Origin: Oscillospiraceae bacterium
GTDB taxonomy: Bacteria; Bacillota; Clostridia; Oscillospirales; Oscillospiraceae
Direction of reading: 5' to 3'
Length of the DNA: 64,000 nucleotides
Assembly (NCBI GenBank): GCA_017508045.1
Contig: JAFVZT010000031.1
Location: forward strand, 8,305 to 72,304
How positions within the stretch are numbered: position 1 is the first letter of the stretch; each line of letters opens with the position of its first letter. Shown here piece by piece: positions 51,824 through 60,348 of this stretch. The notes under the pieces were generated by a model. The model was not told the origin of the DNA. It was given only the letters and a program-made list of their open reading frames with translations, and ran no database searches. A program made the translations under genes and the position numbers.

Positions 51824-53187
51824 GATACTGACTCCTCATTGCCCAGCTGTATCAGCTTTTGCTTTACAATATTCGCTTCCTTAACCATATATGGACCGTA
51901 TAACACATAAATATCCATGGATTTTTCAATATCAAGAATATCTGCACCGGACTTGGAATCGCAGCTAATGCGAATTTTATCCGTGTCAATACCTGCAATT
52001 TGAGCCCTTAAATATTGGTCCTTGGATCTTGGCCCTGTGAATATGATTTGGTTAATAGACGCGTCATTTAGATACGAATAATTGCTGTCAAAAAACCAAC
52101 AAGGGCTTTCTGATGCTTCAAAATCATCCCCTACAAAAATTATGGCTTTATTTTTACCTGGGAGTTTTGCTACATAACTGAAGCAGCGTGCGCAAGCTGT
52201 TGGATTTTGCCCTTTGGATAATTGCATGGTAATGGTTAATTTGCCTGCACTTAATTTGTCGTAGCGGGTTTTTACGATTTTTGTGCTCTCAAAGGCACTT
52301 GAAATTTGTTCATAGGATAAACCAATGGTAGTAAGAAGTGCAATAACGCCGCAGAAATTATAGAGGTTTACGATGTTGTCATTAATAAGGTTATATTGTT
52401 CTGATTTGCCATGGTGTTGGAGGGTAAAAGCGTTATTCTCCCTATCAATTTGTGTTATGACAAAATCGGGTTCCGGGGAGGAAAAGCTGCAATTTGAACA
52501 GTGAAGCCGTCCGATATGGCTATATCGAATATATTCAGGCGTCAGCGATGCGCCACAATCCGGACAATAAACAATGTCTTGCAAATAACTTGGCGCTTCC
52601 TCATGCTGAGTGTCAATACCCAAACCGAAATAAACCCGTTCGCAGTTATCCGGCGCCAAGCTAGCACATACGAGATCATCTGCATTAAGTATGACCTTTG
52701 TTGTGCTGGGAACTGATTTGTTTATGATATAGCTTATGAATTCGGTATGGGCGTTCCGGGCAAGGGAATCTCGCATTATGTTATTGCAGATTAGATAATC
52801 CGGCTTAATATAGGGATAGATGCGCAAGGAACTGCGCTCATCCACCTCCAAAACAGCTATTTCCTTTTTTGCTTTGCCGGTAAAGGTGGAATCGGCTAAT
52901 AATGCAGTGGCTACACCGGCCTGAACATTTGAACCTAAGCTGTTGTTTGTTACAGTGTAGTTATTTTTTAATAGTATGGAATTCAACAGATTGCTGACTG
53001 TGGTTTTTCCGTTTGTTCCGGTAACGGCAATTACAGTTTTTGGCGGAGTTAATTCACCGAGAAAGTCCTTATCGATTTTTAAAGCGATTTTTCCCGGCAG
53101 AAAGGTAGCGTTTCTACCCAAAAGCTTTAATACATATAATAAAAATCTTGCCGACAGCATAGCGAAAAAAAAGCGTACTTTTTTCAT
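51820..53187 (-). CDS. MurT-like ligase (Mur ligase + DUF1727)
   Basis: PGKIAL, TGTNGKTT, LEVDE, N..RD, CPDC/CSNC Zn finger. Confidence 0.85.
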   Translation of the reverse strand: MKKVRFFFAMLSARFLLYVLKLLGRNATFLPGKIALKIDKDFLGELTPPKTVIAVTGTNGKTTVSNLLNSILLKNNYTVTNNSLGSNVQAGVATALLADSTFTGKAKKEIAVLEVDERSSLRIYPYIKPDYLICNNIMRDSLARNAHTEFISYIINKSVPSTTKVILNADDLVCASLAPDNCERVYFGLGIDTQHEEAPSYLQDIVYCPDCGASLTPEYIRYSHIGRLHCSNCSFSSPEPDFVITQIDRENNAFTLQHHGKSEQYNLINDNIVNLYNFCGVIALLTTIGLSYEQISSAFESTKIVKTRYDKLSAGKLTITMQLSKGQNPTACARCFSYVAKLPGKNKAIIFVGDDFEASESPCWFFDSNYSYLNDASINQIIFTGPRSKDQYLRAQIAGIDTDKIRISCDSKSGADILDIEKSMDIYVLYGPYMVKEANIVKQKLIQLGNEESVS

Positions 53188-53310
53188 AATATTTCTTCCT
53201 AAGTATGAGTTTGTTTGAAAAAACTATATCATATTCTACACATAAAATCAAGGTGCGCAAACTTTACAATAAAGAACTACCGATACATTGTATCGGTAGT
53301 CTAATTTTTC

Positions 53311-53601
53311 TTATTTACCTGCAAGTGCGCGCTCCAGCCAAACGCAGCCAAAATCCAATGCTGTGTAAAGACCCGCTTTTTCACCCTTCTTTACAACACG
53401 GTCACGACTTTTTACAGCGGGGTCGGTAAGCTGCAGCTGTACAGAAACGCGGGTTGCGATGTCAGTATCGCCAACCTTCTTTGTTTCCAAAATCTGAAGC
53501 ATAATAATGTGTGTGTCTGCCATTGAGCCGTAATAAATTAAATTATCTTTGCGCATAAGAGGATGTCCCTTATACATCAGTATTTTCTTTTCCTCAGCCA
53601 T
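53311..53601 (-). CDS. Conserved hypothetical protein
   Basis: Strong RBS AGGAGG; YKGHPL.R..N.IYYG..WLER pattern. Confidence 0.75.
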   Translation of the reverse strand: MAEEKKILMYKGHPLMRKDNLIYYGSMADTHIIMLQILETKKVGDTDIATRVSVQLQLTDPAVKSRDRVVKKGEKAGLYTALDFGCVWLERALAGK

Positions 53602-53658
53602 AGTAACCTCCTAAAAATAAAAGGAAGCCTTTGCGGTGGCAAAAGCCTCCCGACGGGA

Positions 53659-53910
53659 TTAATGCTTATCAAACAGATAACAGTGAACAAGCTCTTGCAG
53701 AAGCTCGTCCCGGTCCAACCGACAAATCATACTGCGTGCGTTGTTGTAGTTGGTAATATAGGTGGGATCTTCTGTAAGCAGATAACCAACAATTTGGTTA
53801 ATGGGGTTGTAACCCTTCTCGTTCAGGGCGTCGAACACACTACGGAGTGTATTGCGCATGTTTTGCTTGTCATCACCGGGGACAGTGAATTTGATAGTAT
53901 TTTCCGTCAT
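53659..53910 (-). CDS. IreB/ReoM family regulatory phosphoprotein
   Basis: T.KF N-terminus, [23 protein letters not shown]. Confidence 0.92.
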   Translation of the reverse strand: MTENTIKFTVPGDDKQNMRNTLRSVFDALNEKGYNPINQIVGYLLTEDPTYITNYNNARSMICRLDRDELLQELVHCYLFDKH

Positions 53911-54119
53911 GGAACGACCTCCTTCCAATATTTGAGAATATTATATCCCAAAATCCTTAAAGTGTAAAGACCCAGGATGCAATTTTCTATAAATAAATAC
54001 TCCAAATTTCTTCACTATTATAGCACATATTCCGATCAAAAGCAAGATTAACTGATTTTGCTTATTTGACTGCGCACAAAACTGATGTTATGATAAACAA
54101 AAAACGCAAGGAGTTTACT

Positions 54120-54968
54120 ATGGAATATAAGAAGCTTTCTCATAGCGATGTAATCAATATTCTTCCGCATCGGGATAACAATGCGCATAAGGGTAATTTT
54201 GGAAGAATTATGCTGCTGTGCGGCAGCAGAGGATATACCGGTGCTGCGGCGCTTGCCGCAATGGGCGCATTACGGTCAGGGGCAGGCTTGGTTTATCTAT
54301 GTGTTCCGGAGAATATATATGAAATTGAGGCAACAAAACTACTTGAGCCAATTGTTCTGCCGCTTCCTGATGAAAAGGGAATGCTTTCTTCAAAAGCGAT
54401 CAAACAGATTTCTAATATTATTTTTCAGATGGACGCTGTTTTAATAGGACCCGGCCTTGGGCAATCGGAAGGAACAACTGCAGTAACAAGCTGGGTGCTG
54501 CAAAACTATTCCGGTCCGGTTGTTTTGGATGCCGATGGCATAAACGTAATGAAGGAACATAAAGATATATTGCGTGGAAGGACAAGTCCGACGATACTAA
54601 CCCCGCATACAGGGGAGTTTTGTCGTCTCGGCGGGCTGCCGAGTACCGATAAGGCTGGTGAAACATTACGCATTGCAAGAGATCTTGGCGCAATTGTTGT
54701 TCACAAAGGCCACAATACGGTAATTTCTGACGGTGGTCAAGTCTATATTAACACAACCGGAAATCCCGGTATGGCGGTGGGAGGTTGTGGAGATATACTG
54801 GCCGGAATGATTGTTGGTCTAATCGGTCAAGGGATATCACCGATTGAAGCTGCTGCTTGTGGTGTATGGCTTCATGGGACAGCTGGGGATATTTGCGCTC
54901 AGGAACTTGGACAATATGCAATGCTTCCCAGCGATATGCTGCAGGTTCTGCCACGACTTTTGAAATAG
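54120..54968 (+). CDS. nnrD: ADP-dependent NAD(P)H-hydrate dehydratase
   Basis: HKGNFG, GPGLG, LDADG, TPHTGEF, GGCGD.LAG. Confidence 0.93.
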   Translation: MEYKKLSHSDVINILPHRDNNAHKGNFGRIMLLCGSRGYTGAAALAAMGALRSGAGLVYLCVPENIYEIEATKLLEPIVLPLPDEKGMLSSKAIKQISNIIFQMDAVLIGPGLGQSEGTTAVTSWVLQNYSGPVVLDADGINVMKEHKDILRGRTSPTILTPHTGEFCRLGGLPSTDKAGETLRIARDLGAIVVHKGHNTVISDGGQVYINTTGNPGMAVGGCGDILAGMIVGLIGQGISPIEAAACGVWLHGTAGDICAQELGQYAMLPSDMLQVLPRLLK

Positions 54969-54979
54969 GACGAGAGCGT

Positions 54980-55540
54980 ATGAAGCGTTTATTGGCATTA
55001 ATTCTTTTGGTTTTGATATTGACCGGTTGTGAAAAGACAGGCCATAATCTTGACCGGGCGCTGTCACTAAGGACACAGATTGTAAATGGAAAGGGCTGCA
55101 CATTTGCAGTAACGATTACAGCCGACTATGGTGACAAAATATATACTTTTTCAATGCAATGCCAAACAGATGCTGAAAACAATATGACCTTTACCGTGAC
55201 GCAGCCTGCTACAATTGCCGGCATAACCGGTACAATATCCGAAGAAGGCGGAAAGCTAACCTTTGATGACAATGCGCTTATATTTGAATCCCTAGCAGAT
55301 GGACAGATTACGCCCGTTTCCGCACCGTGGGTCTTAATGCGTACGCTGCGCAGTGGATATATAAAAGCTGCCGGTTCATATAGCGATGGGGTGCAGATAC
55401 AGCTCAATGACAGCTACAGGGAACAGGTACTCAGTCTGGATGTGTGGACGAACAATGCGGATGCTCCTGTCAGTGCTGAGATTGTATGGGACGGAAGACG
55501 CATTATGTCGTTAATTATAGAAGACTTCAAAATATTGTAG
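54980..55540 (+). CDS. Lipoprotein, possibly YdcC/GerS (LolA-fold)-like
   Basis: Lipobox LTGC; sits between nnrD and mazF as in the ydcC/gerS locus; family call is by inference. Confidence 0.6.
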   Translation: MKRLLALILLVLILTGCEKTGHNLDRALSLRTQIVNGKGCTFAVTITADYGDKIYTFSMQCQTDAENNMTFTVTQPATIAGITGTISEEGGKLTFDDNALIFESLADGQITPVSAPWVLMRTLRSGYIKAAGSYSDGVQIQLNDSYREQVLSLDVWTNNADAPVSAEIVWDGRRIMSLIIEDFKIL

Positions 55541-55681
55541 CAATCTGTCTAAATCCGAATAGGATGAATTGAAGGAGCTGCCGTATAAATTCCTATTGTA
55601 TGTGGGAGAATAACAATACCACGTTACATAAGGATTAATCCGGTAGCGTCGGCAATGAATTCTCACGGAGAGTGAAGCAAT

Positions 55682-56047
55682 ATGGATGCTACGGTTAAAA
55701 GAGGAGACATTTTTTACGCTGACCTTTCGCCGGTTGTCGGTAGTGAACAAGGGGGAACACGACCTGTATTAATTGTTCAAAATGATACAGGCAACCGTCA
55801 TTCTCCGACTGTTATTGCTGCCGCGATAACCAGTCAGACAGGGAAGGCTCGCTTGCCTACGCATATTAATATTGCAGGAGGAAGCGTTGGTTTAAGCAAG
55901 GATTCTGTTATATTACTGGAACAAATTCGTACAATCGATAAGCGACGTTTAAGAGAACATATGGGAAGACTGGACGACGAGCATATGACAATGGTTGATT
56001 CGGCCATTGCCGTCAGTTTCGGTCTGAATGAAACCAGAGGTGTATGA
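55682..56047 (+). CDS. mazF: MazF/PemK family endoribonuclease (NdoA-like)
   Basis: [46 protein letters not shown]. Confidence 0.95.
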   Translation: MDATVKRGDIFYADLSPVVGSEQGGTRPVLIVQNDTGNRHSPTVIAAAITSQTGKARLPTHINIAGGSVGLSKDSVILLEQIRTIDKRRLREHMGRLDDEHMTMVDSAIAVSFGLNETRGV

Positions 56048-56092
56048 ATAAACGCCCCCACTGTTGCATAATGTTGCAACAAGGGGGCGTTT
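56046..56092 (+). promoter_or_regulatory. SigE-like promoter inside a hairpin
   Basis: GAATAA-15-CATAATGT within AAACGCCCCC..TGTTGCA / TGCAACA..GGGGGCGTTT. Confidence 0.5.
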
Positions 56093-56095
56093 GCT

Positions 56096-56482
56096 ATGAA
56101 AGAGTATACCGTATTCTTATCAGACAGAGCTGTTGGGGACGTATGCGTTACAAAGGAAGGTTTATACTACAGATTTCAATGTCACTGTGATTTGCCTGAT
56201 AATAAAATATTCAGAATATTTGCCCAAGGCAGCAAACAAAGGATAGATCTGGGAATTTTAGCACCCGATAAGGCTGGATATGCACTTATTAAAAAAGTTC
56301 CGATAAAGCAATTCGGTGAAGAATTGCTTTCTTTTCAGGTCTGCCCACAGGATCAAAAGAAAAGCATAGCGTATAATAGCGTTGTTATATACCAAGACAG
56401 ACCATTCGACTATATCAGAAAATTACCCGGCGCCCTTTTGAATATTGAAAATGGTAGCTACTGTGTTTTACTGCAGAAGTGA
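56096..56482 (+). CDS. Hypothetical protein
   Basis: 128-aa ORF with RBS AAGGGGG. Confidence 0.65.
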   Translation: MKEYTVFLSDRAVGDVCVTKEGLYYRFQCHCDLPDNKIFRIFAQGSKQRIDLGILAPDKAGYALIKKVPIKQFGEELLSFQVCPQDQKKSIAYNSVVIYQDRPFDYIRKLPGALLNIENGSYCVLLQK

Positions 56483-56493
56483 CATTAAATTCA

Positions 56494-56862
56494 TCATTCG
56501 ACGGTAATATATTCTGATATAGCATCTAAACGCTTTTGCCCGATACCGTAAACATTGGATAGCTCGTCAATGGATGTAAACAGACCAGACGTTTCCCGAT
56601 AGCTAACGATCTCCTGAGCCAGCTTATCTCCAATACCGGGAAGCATCGCAAGCTCATTAACGGACGCTGTATTTATGTTCAGCTTGTTGATTTGATTGTT
56701 GGAGTCTGCTTCTATGCTTTCTGTGGAAACTGCGGCTTGATTGTTGGACGTTGGCAGATTTACAATTGTATTGCTTGCGTATCTTGCGATTAAGATACCG
56801 ACGATAATTCCTGCAAATAACGCAGTAATCGTAACTGGGAAAATAATATCGGTTTTTTTCAT
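56494..56862 (-). CDS. comEA: ComEA-family HhH DNA-binding protein
   Basis: N-terminal TM, LNINTAS..EL..LPGIG..LA..I..YR, V.GIG.K. Confidence 0.88.
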   Translation of the reverse strand: MKKTDIIFPVTITALFAGIIVGILIARYASNTIVNLPTSNNQAAVSTESIEADSNNQINKLNINTASVNELAMLPGIGDKLAQEIVSYRETSGLFTSIDELSNVYGIGQKRLDAISEYITVE

Positions 56863-56971
56863 TTAGGATCACCTCACTCATTGACGCATATAAGAAAAGC
56901 TGATATACTATAAAAGTATACATATATTTCGACAATACACAAGAAAAATTATTCCTGCAGAGGTTAAACTT

Positions 56972-58408
56972 ATGAAAAAGACAGGCATAAAAGCATTATG
57001 CATATTTCTCATATTTGTAATGACTGCTTTCTCAGGCACTGCTTTTTTTGCTGCTAAAGCCACACCTACAGACAGCTCCCAATATAATCCCACCTCGTCA
57101 AGCAGCGCATATGGAATTGATGCCAACAGCGCATTACTTGGAGTTGACAAGCAAATTGAAAATGTTCGCGCTGCATTTTTGTATGAAGCGAACAGTCGTA
57201 CATTGATGTACGCATGGAATGCAGATGCCGCGATGTATCCAGCGAGCTTGGTTAAAATTATGACGGCTCTGCTTGCAATTGAGAAAGGACATCTTAACGA
57301 TACTGTAACAGTTACGCAAAGTGCAATTTCTTCTGTCCCTAACGATGCGGTTTCCATTAAGCTGCAGGCAGGCGAACAACTAAGCCTTGAGCAGCTGTTA
57401 TACTGTATTATTGTTGGCTCTGCAAACGATGCCTCCGCTGTTGTGGCTGAGTATATCAGCGGAACGCAGGGCGCGTTTGTTGAGGAAATGAATCGGTATG
57501 CAAATGAAATCGCCTGTACCGGAACAAAGTTTATGAATGTTCACGGGTTACACGATGAGCAACAACGCACAACTGCTCGAGATGCTGCGCGTATTCTTGA
57601 TGCGGCGTTGAGCAATGAGATTTTTTACAGAATTTTTACCACAACCAAATATAGAGTTGAAGCGACAAATAAGTCAGAAGCGCGTGATTTGGTTACAAGC
57701 AATACGATGAAGGATGCAACCAGCAGACTCTACTATGATGCGCGAGTACAGGGAGGAAGAACCGGCGTTTCGGAAGACGGCAGAAGATGCTTGGCTACGG
57801 TTTCTGAAAACAACGGTATGCGTCTTATCTGTGTTGTTATGGGTTGCGATTCTGTTTATTTGGAAGACGGCCTAAGTGCTGTTACCATTGGCGGTTTTCA
57901 GGAAACCACTATGCTGCTGGATATGGGATTTACCGGATATAAGACTGCTCAAATTCTTTATGCAAATCAGGCGTTACGTCAGTATAAAGTTGCCGATGGC
58001 GATTGCGATGTTGTTGCAGGACCGCAGGTTTCGGTATCTACGGTGCTTCCGGATAACATTGCGGTTTCAAATTTATCATTCCGATATCTGGATGAGCCAC
58101 TATCAGCTCCGATTACCTATGGACAAAAGGTGTCGCGAGTCCAAATCTGGAGTGGCAATATCTGCGTTGCAGAAGCAGACCTGCTTGCTATGAACTCTGT
58201 TCAGCCTTCGGATACGGTCAGGCAATTTTTCAATGTTGCATCGATCACCGACAATAGTTGGGGACAGGTTATATTGACTGTACTGATTATAATATTTGTT
58301 GTTCTCTTGCTGGTTTTACTGCTTATTCGATATGTAAAAAGGCTGCGTATGCTTTCTGCAAAAAAACGCAGTATGCGATACAGGCGAAGCCGCAGAAGGA
58401 GCCGATAG
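56972..58408 (+). CDS. D-alanyl-D-alanine carboxypeptidase (S11)
   Basis: PASLVK, SANDA, NVHGL, RTG in place of KTG, C-terminal TM with basic tail. Confidence 0.9.
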   Translation: MKKTGIKALCIFLIFVMTAFSGTAFFAAKATPTDSSQYNPTSSSSAYGIDANSALLGVDKQIENVRAAFLYEANSRTLMYAWNADAAMYPASLVKIMTALLAIEKGHLNDTVTVTQSAISSVPNDAVSIKLQAGEQLSLEQLLYCIIVGSANDASAVVAEYISGTQGAFVEEMNRYANEIACTGTKFMNVHGLHDEQQRTTARDAARILDAALSNEIFYRIFTTTKYRVEATNKSEARDLVTSNTMKDATSRLYYDARVQGGRTGVSEDGRRCLATVSENNGMRLICVVMGCDSVYLEDGLSAVTIGGFQETTMLLDMGFTGYKTAQILYANQALRQYKVADGDCDVVAGPQVSVSTVLPDNIAVSNLSFRYLDEPLSAPITYGQKVSRVQIWSGNICVAEADLLAMNSVQPSDTVRQFFNVASITDNSWGQVILTVLIIIFVVLLLVLLLIRYVKRLRMLSAKKRSMRYRRSRRRSR

Positions 58409-58409
58409 T

Positions 58410-58976
58410 ATGCTTGACTGGGATGAATTAGAGCACGCGTGCAGAAACTGCCAGCTCTGTGGGCTTGCCCGTTTGCGGAACAATACTGTTTTTGGCGTTG
58501 GGTTAAAGACTGCTGATATTATGTTTGTTGGTGAGGGACCCGGGGAGCAAGAGGACATTAAAGGGGAGCCGTTTGTTGGACCTGCGGGAAAGCTTCTGGA
58601 CGATATGCTTTCTATCATAGATATAACCAGAGATAACTGTTACATTGCCAATATTGTTAAATGCCGTCCGCCCAATAACCGGGACCCACAGCCACAGGAG
58701 CAAGATGCATGTATTGCGTATTTGCGAAACCAAGTTGCTTTGGTACAACCGAAAATCATTGTATGCCTTGGCAGAATTGCCGCGACGCGTATTATTGAAC
58801 CCAACTATCGTATTACAAGAGATCACGGCACATGGATTCTTCGAAACGGCGTGTGGATTACATCGTTGTATCATCCGTCGGCACTACTTCGAGATCCATC
58901 AAAACGCCCGGAGACATTTGAGGATTTGCTGGAAATACGTAAGAAGATTCAACAGTTGTCTATTGAATTAAAATAA
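58410..58976 (+). CDS. Uracil-DNA glycosylase family 4
   Basis: C..C.L, GEGPG, PFVG.AG, KCRPP.NR.P, YHPS. Confidence 0.93.
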   Translation: MLDWDELEHACRNCQLCGLARLRNNTVFGVGLKTADIMFVGEGPGEQEDIKGEPFVGPAGKLLDDMLSIIDITRDNCYIANIVKCRPPNNRDPQPQEQDACIAYLRNQVALVQPKIIVCLGRIAATRIIEPNYRITRDHGTWILRNGVWITSLYHPSALLRDPSKRPETFEDLLEIRKKIQQLSIELK

Positions 58977-58996
58977 GGACTTCAAGGTTGAAGTCC

Positions 58997-59941
58997 TTAT
59001 TTTTCGCTTCCATTGTAGATTAGGATTTCTTTTGTAAGATAAATGGGTCGATTCTTGGATTGCTCAAATGTACGACCTACATACTCACCGATAATACCTA
59101 TACAAAACAGCTGCATACTGCCTAAAAAGAGAATCAGTACAATTATGGTGGCATATCCAGGAATGTCAATTCCGGTAATCAGCTTCTGCAAAATGACAAT
59201 TACCAGATATATCAGCGCCGATACAGCGGTTAATGTACCAAGAAGGGTTGCAATGCGCAAAGGCGTTGTAGAAAAACCGATGATACCGTCAACAGCATAA
59301 TTTGTAAGCTTTTTAAAATTCCATTTTGTTGTACCGGCTGCGCGCTTACAGGCGGTGTAGGGGATATGGCAGGTGTTATAACCAATCCACGCAAAAATTC
59401 CTTTTGAGAAGCGATGATACTCACCCATAGAAAGAATGCTGTCTGCAACACATCGGCGAAAAGTGCGGAAATCGCTGGCATCAGACTTTAGGGAGATGTT
59501 CGTTAAGCAATTGCTGAGCTTGTAGAATAGCTTTTTAAACATAGACAAAAATTTACTTTCTCCCCGGCGATCCTGGTAGGCGGCGACAATATCAAACTCC
59601 GGTTTTTCTTCCAAAATCCTTATCATTTTGACAATAATCTCAGGGCGCTGCTGCAAATCTGCATCAATTATGGAAATATAATCTCCGGATGCGTATTTTA
59701 ATCCGGCTAAGATACCGGCTTCCTTTCCGAAATTTCTTGAGAAGCTGAGGACCTTTATCGGACAGCGTTGTTCGTGAAACGATTTTCGCATCTGCTGCAA
59801 TGTAGCATCGGTGCTGCCGTCATCAATAAATATAATTTCGTAGTCATACTTGCAATCGGAGAAAGCAGCAATGGCTGCATTTTGAAACAGTGCAATATTT
59901 TCTGCCTCGTTGTAGCACGGGACAATCATAGATACTTTCAT
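58997..59941 (-). CDS. GT2 polyprenol-phosphate glycosyltransferase (GtrB/YkcC-like)
   Basis: VPCYNE, DDGS, SRNFGKE, DADLQ, DFR, two C-terminal TMs, GEYVGR..RP.Y. Confidence 0.92.
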   Translation of the reverse strand: MKVSMIVPCYNEAENIALFQNAAIAAFSDCKYDYEIIFIDDGSTDATLQQMRKSFHEQRCPIKVLSFSRNFGKEAGILAGLKYASGDYISIIDADLQQRPEIIVKMIRILEEKPEFDIVAAYQDRRGESKFLSMFKKLFYKLSNCLTNISLKSDASDFRTFRRCVADSILSMGEYHRFSKGIFAWIGYNTCHIPYTACKRAAGTTKWNFKKLTNYAVDGIIGFSTTPLRIATLLGTLTAVSALIYLVIVILQKLITGIDIPGYATIIVLILFLGSMQLFCIGIIGEYVGRTFEQSKNRPIYLTKEILIYNGSEK

Positions 59942-60097
59942 ATATACAACCCACCACCTTTTTAATAATTATACTGAAAATTAGATAATCCGTCAAGAAC
60001 TTGAGTAGGTATTCAATAGCGCGTATGACAAGTATGTCCGGCAATTAATTTTTTCTTTGTTGACATAATAGCCAAAATATGATAGATTTAAGCAGTA

Positions 60098-60330
60098 AAA
60101 AGTGTTGATTGGGAGTTTTTGTAAGCAGACTGGTTTAGAGAACGCACGGTTGGTGAAAAGTGTGTACAGCAGTTTACAAATTGTCGCCCAGGAGCTGGCC
60201 TTATGAAATACAGTAGTTTGGCTCGGGTTTGCCCGTTATAGCTGTCAAGTGTCCGGTTTTTCCGGGAATTCAGGTGGTACCGCGGAATTTATATTTTCGC
60301 CCTGAGCCAAACGGCTCAGGGCTTTTTTAT
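60098..60330 (+). promoter_or_regulatory. T-box riboswitch (Val) leader of valS
   Basis: AGAGA/GGTGAAA stem-I motifs, candidate GTC specifier near 60183, T-box AATTCAGGTGGTACCGCG 60267-84, terminator GCCCTGAGCC/GGCTCAGGGC + T-run. Confidence 0.9.
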
Positions 60331-60348
60331 TTGAAAGGAATGATATTA

